Source: Microcystis aeruginosa NIES-843 (lineage in GTDB: Bacteria; Cyanobacteriota; Cyanobacteriia; Cyanobacteriales; Microcystaceae). Taken from it: a stretch of DNA of 32,000 bases. The position numbers and the translations under genes were made by a program. A model generated the notes under the pieces. The model was not told the origin of the DNA. It made no database searches and worked only from the letters and a program-made list of their open reading frames with translations. Location: NCBI RefSeq assembly GCF_000010625.1, contig NC_010296.1:3060001-3092000 (forward strand), given 5' to 3'. This document shows positions 8,507 to 16,415 of the stretch, one piece after another (the stretch's first letter is position 1; each line of letters opens with the position of its first letter).

Positions 8507-8944
8507 ATGTCGTCAACTGCCTACGAAACTGATTATAATCAATGGCTAAAAGAGACGGTAAAACAGTTACGAGAGCGCAATTTTGAGCAGGTAGATTGGG
8601 ATAATTTAATTGAAGAAATCGAGAGTATGGGGAAAAGTGATAGACGAGCTTTAATGAGTCTGTTAACCCGTCTTATCGAACATCTTTTAAAGCTGGCTTA
8701 TTGGCAAGAAGAAAAAAAACGGTCAGGTAATCATTGGGCGGCAGAAATAGTCAATTTTCGCGCCCAAATTCAGCATCGTTTAGAAGATAGTCCCAGCTTA
8801 CGGTCAGAATTAGCAGCCATGTATGATAAAGTTTATCCAGTGGCGATTAAATCGGTTTCTCAGCTTTTTTCCCTCAATTCAGACGCTCATATATCCCTCG
8901 AACAAACATTAGATGATAATTGGTTTCCCCCGGCTGAAAAATAG
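8507..8944 (+). CDS. DUF29 domain-containing protein
   Basis: The sequence reads MSSTAYETDYNQWLKETVKQLRERNFEQVDWDNLIEEIESMGKSDRRAL...GNHWAAEIVNFR...LDDNWFP, the typical DUF29 pattern. I prefer ATG 8507 to the TTG at 8486 in the ORF track. Confidence 0.8.
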   Translation: MSSTAYETDYNQWLKETVKQLRERNFEQVDWDNLIEEIESMGKSDRRALMSLLTRLIEHLLKLAYWQEEKKRSGNHWAAEIVNFRAQIQHRLEDSPSLRSELAAMYDKVYPVAIKSVSQLFSLNSDAHISLEQTLDDNWFPPAEK

Positions 8945-9106
8945 TTCTTAATTAGGAGTAATACTAAATCCGTTGAGTATAGGCTACTTATGAGTATAGG
9001 CAAAAGACAAAAGGGAGAATAAATAATCAGTCTTTAATAACCAGATTTAGTGTAATTTGCATAGTCAACAGCTTACCCACGACTATAAAATTAGCATCCA
9101 TCTGGC

Positions 9107-9141
9107 GGGGGGTATTACCCTAGTTAATACCCCCTATTTTT
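9107..9141 (+). terminator. rho-independent terminator candidate downstream of DUF29
   Basis: The stem ggggtatta/taatacccc (9 bp) has the loop ccctagt and is followed by ctattttt. Confidence 0.5.
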
Positions 9142-9155
9142 GGTCAGGTATAGTG

Positions 9156-10499
9156 TTAAGCTTCTCCTGTGATTGATAAACCCTCTACCCAAACGTAGGG
9201 ACAAACACCACTAGGAGTAATAACTGCTTCCGGTTCCAGATAAACAATCGATTTCAGCAGTGTTAAAATATCCCCAGCTACGGTAGCGGAATCGATGCTA
9301 ACGCGCTCATTTTTGTTCACTAACCAACCATCAAAGGGCAAAGAGAAGGAACCTTGTAGAGAATTAACTCCTGCATGAAGTGCCTGTAAACTATCAATTA
9401 AAACCACATTTTCTGCTGTTTCCAAAGAATAGCTCTTTGGTTGATTAGCACTAGCAAAAACGTGATAAAAATGGGGACTAACCGTTACTTTTGACCCAAT
9501 GTTACCGTTGCCAGTCGGTTCCGTATTCATCCGTTTAGCGGTAATCGTGCTATGGAGAAAATTACTCAAAATCCCCTCTTTAATTAATTCCACACGACGG
9601 GTGGGAGTGCCTTCACTATCAAAAGTTTCTGCGGCAACATTAGCCGGATGGAGGGAATCATCGCACAAATTTAAGGCAGTAGCAGCGATTTGTGTTCCCA
9701 AAGATTCAGGAGTAGAAAGACTCTGTTTATCAAGGACATTTTGGGCATTAAACAGATTAGAAAATGCTCCCATTAGACTCAAAAAGGCCCGGGGGGCAAA
9801 AACCACTAAATATTTACCCGTGGTAATCGGTTGATAGTCCAGATGGCTAACAGTTTTGGTAATCGCTTCCTCGATGCAACCATCGATATCTAATTTTTCC
9901 AGGCCTGGACTAACCCGAAAAGCACCAGCGCTGCGGGGTTTTTTGCCTTCCTGTTCGGTTTTGGTGTATAAATACACGCTGGCATAACTACGCGCTTCCT
10001 GACGCATTGCCCCGTCGCTATTGAGATAAAAACGTCTGACCTGCTGTTGTCCCAAACCGTTATAGGGAACACTGGCAATAGCCGGATGGGCCGCTAGTAA
10101 GGATTTTTCGGCGGCTAATAACTTATCGACGAGAGTGGATACAGGTGCTTGATTAGACATTTCGCTGGCCACTTCTGTGGTAGGTGCGGTGGCGGCAGGA
10201 CTAAAATCGGGGACATTTTCCTTAACGCCAAAAAAGCTGGCTTCTTGGGCGGTTTTTAGGGCTAATTGCAGTCCCACCGGGTCCACATCGGTGGTCGAGG
10301 TGACACCGACTTGATTATCCCGATTCCAGACGCGAACGATAACGCTGGAACGATTGGAAGCTTGTACCTGTTTGGGTTCCCCTTGAAACACATCCACATC
10401 GGTTTCATCCACAGAGGAACCATAGATGTCGTATTTAGCAATTCCTAAAGCTTGGGCGCTAGAATTAGCGATTTGGGCGATATCTTCAACTTTTGGCAT
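9156..10499 (-). CDS. pmbA: TldE/PmbA-family metalloprotease subunit
   Basis: This 447-aa ORF has PmbA/TldD-family character (N-terminal ...YDIYGSSVDETDVDVFQGEP..., C-terminal ...GDILTLLKSIV...) and lacks HExxxH. It lies in the same strand cluster as tldD. Confidence 0.8.
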   Translation of the reverse strand: MPKVEDIAQIANSSAQALGIAKYDIYGSSVDETDVDVFQGEPKQVQASNRSSVIVRVWNRDNQVGVTSTTDVDPVGLQLALKTAQEASFFGVKENVPDFSPAATAPTTEVASEMSNQAPVSTLVDKLLAAEKSLLAAHPAIASVPYNGLGQQQVRRFYLNSDGAMRQEARSYASVYLYTKTEQEGKKPRSAGAFRVSPGLEKLDIDGCIEEAITKTVSHLDYQPITTGKYLVVFAPRAFLSLMGAFSNLFNAQNVLDKQSLSTPESLGTQIAATALNLCDDSLHPANVAAETFDSEGTPTRRVELIKEGILSNFLHSTITAKRMNTEPTGNGNIGSKVTVSPHFYHVFASANQPKSYSLETAENVVLIDSLQALHAGVNSLQGSFSLPFDGWLVNKNERVSIDSATVAGDILTLLKSIVYLEPEAVITPSGVCPYVWVEGLSITGEA

Positions 10500-10527
10500 A
10501 GATTTTTTTTGGTGTTGGAGGATTTTT

Positions 10528-10626
10528 CAGTTATCAGTAAACAGTAATCAGTAATCAGTGAAAAGAAAGCTCAGAACTTGCCACTTAACAGTGTCCACTG
10601 AAAACTCAAATCTGATAACTGATAGC
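10528..10626. repeat. inverted pair of STRR heptamer tracts (CAGTAAT/CAGTGAA arm versus CTGATAA/CACTGAA arm)
   Basis: cagttatcagtaaacagtaatcagtaatcagtgaaaag (10528-10565) and cactgaaaactcaaatctgataactgatagc (10597-10626) are roughly reverse-complementary arms. They lie in the pmbA upstream gap. Confidence 0.75.
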
Positions 10627-10644
10627 GGTCAGCCGTAAGCTGGA

Positions 10645-10736
10645 TAAGTAGGGAGGCACAATTATTTGTAGGATGGGTTAGCGGTAGCGTAAACCATGCG
10701 GGCGTTGGGTTTCATGCTTCAACCCAACCTACGTTC
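10645..10736 (+). repeat. 92-nt palindromic (MITE/REP-like) element, copy B
   Basis: The sequence matches 8176-8267 except for a few central changes (gcgtaaaccatgcgggcg versus gcgtaacatgagcaggcg). It supplies the stop codon of the DUF456 ORF. Confidence 0.85.
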
Positions 10737-11319
10737 TGAAAACTGATAACTGATAACTGATAACTGATAACTGATAACTGATAACTGAAGAGAGATTGGG
10801 CCAAGTGGTGACAATAAAGACGATAACGGCAGCCGTGGCCAGCATAGCTTTGGCAACGTGACCGATAACCGTGCCGACGACGATACCGACACAGACTTTT
10901 AGGGATTGTTGCAAACGGGGAGTTAATTCCAAATCGCGACGATAGGCGTATTCTCCCAAAAAAGCCCCCACCACAGGACCGACAAATAAGCCGATAATCG
11001 GTCCGCCAATGGGTAAAGCGGGTAAAAGCCCGAATATTCCCGCTAATAAACCCACTACTAGACCGATTTGACTCCAATTGCTCGCCCCAACTTTTTGGGC
11101 GCCGAGATAACTAGCGAGGAATTCCACCCCCAGACTGAGGAGAAGGACAACAAAGGCCACGGTTAAAGCGACCCCCATCCCCGCAAATTTGGTGACAAAA
11201 CCCCACACCAGCATGGCGATTAAAATCAAACTCATGCCGGGGACAGCGGGCAGCAGTTCGCCAATTATCCCCACTATCATGATGGCAATGAGGAAATAGT
11301 AGAGAATTACTAAAGTCAT
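10729..11319 (-). CDS. DUF456 domain-containing membrane protein (C-terminal tail derived from repeats)
   Basis: This is a Gly/Ala-rich multi-TM protein (LPAVPG...GAQKVGASNWSQIG...GPVVGAFLGEYAY), typical of DUF456. Its start lies 2 nt after the tldD stop. The last 20 or so codons read through the heptamer array into the 92-nt element. Confidence 0.7.
   Translation of the reverse strand: MTLVILYYFLIAIMIVGIIGELLPAVPGMSLILIAMLVWGFVTKFAGMGVALTVAFVVLLLSLGVEFLASYLGAQKVGASNWSQIGLVVGLLAGIFGLLPALPIGGPIIGLFVGPVVGAFLGEYAYRRDLELTPRLQQSLKVCVGIVVGTVIGHVAKAMLATAAVIVFIVTTWPNLSSVISYQLSVISYQLSVFRT
10736..10791. repeat. CTGATAA heptamer array (6 perfect plus 2 degenerate units) inside the 3' end of the DUF456 ORF
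   Basis: The sequence ctgaaaa (ctgataa)x6 ctgaaga can be read directly. On the minus strand it is translated as SVISYQLSVISYQLSV. Confidence 0.9.
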
Positions 11320-11321
11320 GA

Positions 11322-12791
11322 TTAACGACCGCCAACGGTAATAGAATCGACTTTTAAATGGGGTTGACCAACGGTGACATAAACGCTACCACTGACGGAA
11401 CCGCAAAAACCCGCCGCTAGTCCTAAATCTTGGGAACACATAGAGATTTTATTCATAATCTCCTTGGCTGAACCGATTAAAGTCGCGCCTTTTAGGGGTT
11501 TAGTCAGGTTGCCGTTTTCGATAAGATAGGCCTCCTCGACGGCGAAATTAAATTCCCCGGTCGCCCCCACACTACCACCGCCCATTTTTTTGCAATAAAT
11601 GCCTTTATCGATGGAATTAAAGAGATTATCGAGGGTATATTCCCCAGGTGCGATGTAGGTATTCCGCATCCGACTAGCGGCGGCATAGGTGTAGTTTTGA
11701 CGGCGACCGCTACCTGTGCGCGGATGGCCGGTTTTAATTGAACCGGTGCGATCGGCAATGAAGTTTTTTAGGATACCATTTTCAATTAGGAGAGTACGCT
11801 GGGCCGGCATTCCCTCATCGTCCATATCGATAGTACCGAAAGCTTTATCGGATAATCCTTCGTCCCAAGCCGTCAGGTTTTCGTGGGCGATTTTTTCGCC
11901 TTTTTTATCGAGAAAGGGCGTGGTTTTTTGCTCAATTTGCGTAGTTTCTAGCAAATGGCCGCAGGCTTCGTGGAAGATAACGCCGCCAAATTCATTGGCC
12001 ATAACGATGGGATAACTGCCGGATTCTACATAGTCAGCGTAAAGCATTTTACCCGCCGATTCGGCCACTTCTGCCGCCGATTCCTCGGCATTCCACGTCC
12101 GCAGAAAATCGGGATTACTGGTACTACCCACCCGTTTACCAATGCTAGAACGATTAGTCCCATCGGCACAGAGGAGATTATAGCCCACGGATTGGGTGAG
12201 GCGAATATCCCGGGCAAAAGTGCCATCACTAGCGGCAACTAAAATTTCTTGCCAATCGCGAAAATAAGCGGCGCGACGAGATTGGACGTGAGAGGCTTTC
12301 TGATTGAGTTGAACGTTAGCAGTTAGGAGAATATCACCCATTTCTCGCAAAGAACTGCAATTATTCAGCCAAATATCTTTGTTTTTGACCGTGGCATAAT
12401 CCCGGAACATTTCCAGATTGATTTCGGGAATATATGCGTTAGGACTGGGTAGGTTTAAACCGAGAATCGATAAACCTTTTTCTAGGGCATTTTTTAAGCC
12501 TTGGAAGCTTAAATCGTTGGTACTGACATAACAATCAGCTTTACCGCGAAAAAGGCGGATTCCTGCCCCTGTAGATAGTTTCGGTGAGAGACTGGTGATG
12601 GTGTCATCTTCGGCTAAACAACTGATATAGTTGACTCTTTCGAGGAAAAATTCGATAAAAGTTGCCCCGGCAGCCCGTCCCAGTCCCAGAAGAGTGGACA
12701 AAGGGGCCGCCCAAGAGCTATCAAAGCGCTCCAGACTAGGATTATATTTCAGGGTGGGGAGTTCTTTGGAGATGAGTAGAGTGGGTGACAT
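11322..12791 (-). CDS. tldD: TldD-family metalloprotease
   Basis: The HExxxH motif is in context ([12 protein letters not shown]). The 489-aa length and the C-terminal GGSV...GEFNF...GxP motifs are typical of TldD. Confidence 0.85.
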   Translation of the reverse strand: MSPTLLISKELPTLKYNPSLERFDSSWAAPLSTLLGLGRAAGATFIEFFLERVNYISCLAEDDTITSLSPKLSTGAGIRLFRGKADCYVSTNDLSFQGLKNALEKGLSILGLNLPSPNAYIPEINLEMFRDYATVKNKDIWLNNCSSLREMGDILLTANVQLNQKASHVQSRRAAYFRDWQEILVAASDGTFARDIRLTQSVGYNLLCADGTNRSSIGKRVGSTSNPDFLRTWNAEESAAEVAESAGKMLYADYVESGSYPIVMANEFGGVIFHEACGHLLETTQIEQKTTPFLDKKGEKIAHENLTAWDEGLSDKAFGTIDMDDEGMPAQRTLLIENGILKNFIADRTGSIKTGHPRTGSGRRQNYTYAAASRMRNTYIAPGEYTLDNLFNSIDKGIYCKKMGGGSVGATGEFNFAVEEAYLIENGNLTKPLKGATLIGSAKEIMNKISMCSQDLGLAAGFCGSVSGSVYVTVGQPHLKVDSITVGGR

Positions 12792-12975
12792 AAAGCTGGT
12801 TTATCAGTTAATCTGCTGGTTTCTAGTCTAACAGTTCTCAGTTTTTTCCGTCTGGGGATGCGTTAGCGTGGCCCAACCCTGCTAAATTTTTCTCCTTCAT
12901 ATCTCTTAATAAAAACCTTGATTCGATCGCTCATCGCCCGCAAGATTAAATAAAGAGCGACTCAGGATCAAAATA

Positions 12976-13440
12976 ATGGCCACAGCGACACAATTCTTAA
13001 ACATTTCTGACTTGACAAAAGATGATTATTGTGTATTCGGTTTAGCGATTTGTTTTCTCAAACAGGAGGGAGAATTAGAAAAAGTGGCGGTGTTAGAACC
13101 GATTCCCTCGGCGGCCCTAGAGGCAATTGTCAAAGGAATTCCCACTTCCTACGAATTTGCCCGCGCCATGGCTTTAGGAGAGGTATTTCAGGACGATAAT
13201 CCTCAAATACCCAGTAATTTCCCCGATAATGCCCAATTATGCGAGAATTTTGTCGAAAGGGCGATTGCGGCCACTCGCACCTACAAAAATCAACCCCACC
13301 TGCAAGGGTTAATCCCCTTGGGCAGCCAAAAAGACGATTTAAACTTTTCCCTAGAGAAAAAACGCATCTTGAATGCTGTTCATGTGGTGCGGACGGAGGA
13401 TAACGTCAAACAACATTCTCACACCCATAAGGTTTTGTAA
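12976..13440 (+). CDS. hypothetical protein (154 aa), family not recognised
   Basis: This is a clean ATG ORF with ordinary composition, divergent from tldD. I cannot assign any motif. Confidence 0.5.
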   Translation: MATATQFLNISDLTKDDYCVFGLAICFLKQEGELEKVAVLEPIPSAALEAIVKGIPTSYEFARAMALGEVFQDDNPQIPSNFPDNAQLCENFVERAIAATRTYKNQPHLQGLIPLGSQKDDLNFSLEKKRILNAVHVVRTEDNVKQHSHTHKVL

Positions 13441-13610
13441 TCAAGGTTAGTTCGGATTAGGGAAATTTTGCCCTTTTCCCTGATTCCGAACTCAGGTTAT
13501 AGCAGTTATCTTAAGGGTGAGGTGTCAAGTTGTGATTTTGAGGAGTCGGTCGTCAGGAGATTATTTTTATTTATTCTCCCCACTTCATAATTGATAATTA
13601 GCAGAAATTA

Positions 13611-14909
13611 TTAAGGCAATGCTACACATAAATTTTTGCTGACTGAATAAATATCTTCAAACAAATAATCCCATTGATGTTCTAGGTGTCTAGCAATGTG
13701 GTAAGCAAGCAAGGGTGGGACAGCATTACCAATTAGTTTGTAACCATCCGTAGCCGAAAGTGAATATTTTTCATCTCCCTTATTTTGTGGACGCACAAAT
13801 TGAAAATCATCGGGAAAAGTCTGTATTCTCGCACATTCCCGCACAGTTAAACGTCTCATTTTTAACCCTGCTTCTAACTCATTAACTATCTTTCCCCCTA
13901 ATTCTAAAGATAATCTCCTAAATTCAATATTACCGTGATGTTCCGAGCGAATAGTCGGACTTAAACCCTGTAAATTAACCTCGATTTGTCCCTGAGTTTT
14001 ACCATAATGTTTAGCTTTTGAATAGCTTTTTTGTGAGAGGTCAAATAACTCATCTTCCGGTTCTGCTAAACCTGATAATATCTGACCCACTGTACTGTAA
14101 GTTTTAAGAGGATATATTGACTCAAACAGATTTAATTGATGCTTAATAACTTTATGGGTTGGACGCGGAAAAATATCATGATTTTCTAGATGTCCTATCG
14201 CTGTCGCTTTTAAATAGGTTTTATTTAAACCGATAAAGATAATTCTTTCCCTAGTTTGGGGAATTCCATAATCGGGAGCAAAGAGAAGTTTAGGGATAAC
14301 TATATATCCATCTTTACCAATGGCACTAAAATCATCTTCAATTATATCTTTAACATTAGCCAAAGAGATTAAACCTTTGACATTTTCAGCAATAAAAACT
14401 TTAGGTAAGGTTAATTCAATAACTCTTTTCATCCAATAATAGAGTTTCCCGCGATTGTCCTGAAAACTATCTTCACTCTCGTCTAGCAGTTTCCCCGTGT
14501 GACTTTTGTGAGAATTAAACCCCTTTCTTTTTCCTGAAACACTAAAATCTTGACAGGGAAAACCTCCCGTTACTACATCGATATTACTGGGAAACTGAAA
14601 CTCTCCTTTTTCTGCTTGTTTGACTAAATCTACAATACTCCCCAAGTGAAATACATTCTTTTTACCCCTTTTTTCAAAGTAGGGAATCCAAGCATTATGA
14701 GCAGCTTTAGTTATATCATTAGCAAAGACAGTTTCAAAAGTAGTGCGCGGTAGTTTTAGCCATGGTTCCCGTCTTTCTACTATCCAATCTCGATGAATAT
14801 TTTCATTAACACAGTCTTGGTGTACCCAAAAACCTCCCTCTAATCCTAAGTCCATTCCCCCGCAGCCAGAAAATAGGGATAAAACTCGCTTTTGTTGCCT
14901 ATTCATCAC
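13611..14909 (-). CDS. DNA (cytosine-5)-methyltransferase
   Basis: All canonical C5-MTase motifs appear in order: SLFSGCGGMDLG (I), GGFPCQDFS (IV), ENVKGL (VI), QTRERIIFIG (VIII), TVRECARIQTFPDDF (IX), GNAVPPLLA (X). Confidence 0.9.
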   Translation of the reverse strand: MMNRQQKRVLSLFSGCGGMDLGLEGGFWVHQDCVNENIHRDWIVERREPWLKLPRTTFETVFANDITKAAHNAWIPYFEKRGKKNVFHLGSIVDLVKQAEKGEFQFPSNIDVVTGGFPCQDFSVSGKRKGFNSHKSHTGKLLDESEDSFQDNRGKLYYWMKRVIELTLPKVFIAENVKGLISLANVKDIIEDDFSAIGKDGYIVIPKLLFAPDYGIPQTRERIIFIGLNKTYLKATAIGHLENHDIFPRPTHKVIKHQLNLFESIYPLKTYSTVGQILSGLAEPEDELFDLSQKSYSKAKHYGKTQGQIEVNLQGLSPTIRSEHHGNIEFRRLSLELGGKIVNELEAGLKMRRLTVRECARIQTFPDDFQFVRPQNKGDEKYSLSATDGYKLIGNAVPPLLAYHIARHLEHQWDYLFEDIYSVSKNLCVALP

Positions 14910-14949
14910 TATTGATTAAATGAGTAATTTAATAATATCACACTGATAA

Positions 14950-15581
14950 TCAACTCGATCGAAAGGGATTAATTAAAGTTAGTTGATTGGATATTATTAA
15001 TCCATCCTGCATATCTTCAGAGTAAAGAATATTAGCCTCGGATGCTAAGGCACTAGCTACAATTAAACTATCCCAAAAAGAAAAACTGGGTTCTTCGGTT
15101 GGTGCTATGCGATGGACGGAGTTATAAGGGATGAAACCTTTATAGAGAAGGACATTGATGCGATTTTTGTCAATTGTTTTCGATCTAGAACGAACTAATC
15201 AATAGAACTCTTGCCAGATAAGGATTTAGTCGATTTATGCCACCCTATTGAACCATACCAAGTAACGAAGAACCAAAAACTGTATTGAGTGCGGAGTTCA
15301 GAGGCTCTTAAAATAATATTGCGATCAAGTTGAATAACAACACATCCATCGTAAAATTCTTGGATAATTTGTCTAATTTGAATTTCACTTATTTTAGCTT
15401 TTTTGGATAAAACAGCGCAAACTTCATTAATAATTTGCGTACTGATTAAGATATTTTACCTGCTAGTTAAAGCGGTCGCTAGATTGTGTTTTCGCATTTC
15501 TTCAGCATCGTTACACTCTGGGTCTATTAAAAGACGGTATAGCCAGATGTTAGAATCACAAAAATAAAGAGAATTGGTCAT
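14950..15581 (-). pseudogene. PIN-domain (VapC-like) toxin gene inactivated by an in-frame TAA and a MITE insertion
   Basis: The minus strand reads MTNSLYFCDSNIWLY...ATALTSR, then TAA (15456-15458), then NILISTQIINEV...LRTQYSF, then a 186-bp insert, then SFWDSLIVASALASEANILYSEDMQDG...INPF. Removing the insert and one duplication copy restores QYSFSFWDSLIV. Confidence 0.8.
15089..15274. mobile_element. 186-bp MITE with an 8-bp target site duplication
   Basis: The ends are ggttcttcg...cgaagaacc (9-bp perfect inverted repeat that extends imperfectly). Direct repeats aaaaactg flank it at 15081-15088 and 15275-15282. Confidence 0.8.
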
Positions 15582-15583
15582 AA

Positions 15584-15805
15584 TTATAGCTGATGAATTT
15601 CTTCCCGATTTAATTGACGAATACCTTTAACAGCAACGGGATTTTGAGTTAATTGGGCAATGATTCCAGTGGTTGATATTTTTTTATTTTGTTTGATCAC
15701 AATAACTTGAACTTCGCTGTCTTCCCTCAAGTCCTGTTGGTATTCTTCGGGAATTTCGATAATACCTTGTTTGATTTTGGCTTTAAATTCCACTGCATTT
15801 AACAT
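15584..15805 (-). CDS. putative antitoxin (small VapB-position protein)
   Basis: This 73-aa ORF ends 2 nt before the PIN start codon. The N-terminal pattern MLNAVEFKAKIKQGIIEIPEEY resembles the small cyanobacterial proteins that precede PIN toxins. The call rests on position and pattern only. Confidence 0.55.
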   Translation of the reverse strand: MLNAVEFKAKIKQGIIEIPEEYQQDLREDSEVQVIVIKQNKKISTTGIIAQLTQNPVAVKGIRQLNREEIHQL

Positions 15806-16415
15806 ATTGTTGCTCTCGATCGACTGTCTATTAAGATTAATTATAGCCCTCTTTATGGGAGTGCCTCTAATACCAAGAGTGGGAAGTGGGAAGTATGGCT
15901 GTACCGTTGACTGTATCTAGAGTAGTTTATTGGTTTTACATTGCTTTAGCTCAAGCTCTGTAAGACTTTTAGCCATAGCTACTATATTTATAGGGGGGAA
16001 GTTCAGAAATAAGGCAAATTCGTCAATCAGAATATTTTCATGGGTGGCGATAATCTGTTTAACCCGAACTCAGGCAATGTTAAGATTTATTTTGCTAACT
16101 ACTTTTTGGCTATTCTTTGCTGTACAATCCCGGTATTGGTCTGCCATCTAATAGACAAGGTTCTCTCCACTCTTGCCTGTTGTGTGAGTTGTTCCCTGTC
16201 ATAATCTAGATGTTTCCATCTCTAGGGCTGGGTGGAGAGGCGGTAATGAGTCCTCAATTCTTTATCTTTAATCAGTCGCAAGATTAAGGTAAAGTGACCT
16301 TGAGCCAATTTTATTTTTTTATTGTTCCCTAGCTTTCGTTCCCCTGAAATACAGTTAGCTCGCACAATCCAAGCGAGTTAATTGGTCTAGTTGTACTTAG
16401 GAGACAAGAAAGACA

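Noticed and set aside
9499-12831. Antisense or alternative-frame ORFs within pmbA, DUF456 and tldD (9499..9834, 9890..10078, 10266..10448, 10712..11077, 11111..11335, 11504..11758, 11716..12015, 11955..12242, 12026..12238, 12631..12831)
   Set aside because: Each is nested in a longer ORF with strong family motifs. None has independent signals.
13449-13491. Imperfect hairpin gttcggattaggg...ccctgattccgaac between the convergent genes as a bidirectional terminator
   Set aside because: It is plausible, but the stem is interrupted and neither side has a T-run. The evidence is insufficient for a feature call.
15930-16151. 73-aa ORF (TTG start) in the 610-nt gap upstream of the RTX gene
   Set aside because: It has a hydrophobic, low-information sequence with no RBS or homology cue. 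The opposite strand shows short protein-like stretches (…VKQIIATHENILIDEF…) interrupted by stops. The region may hold gene debris, but I cannot support a call.
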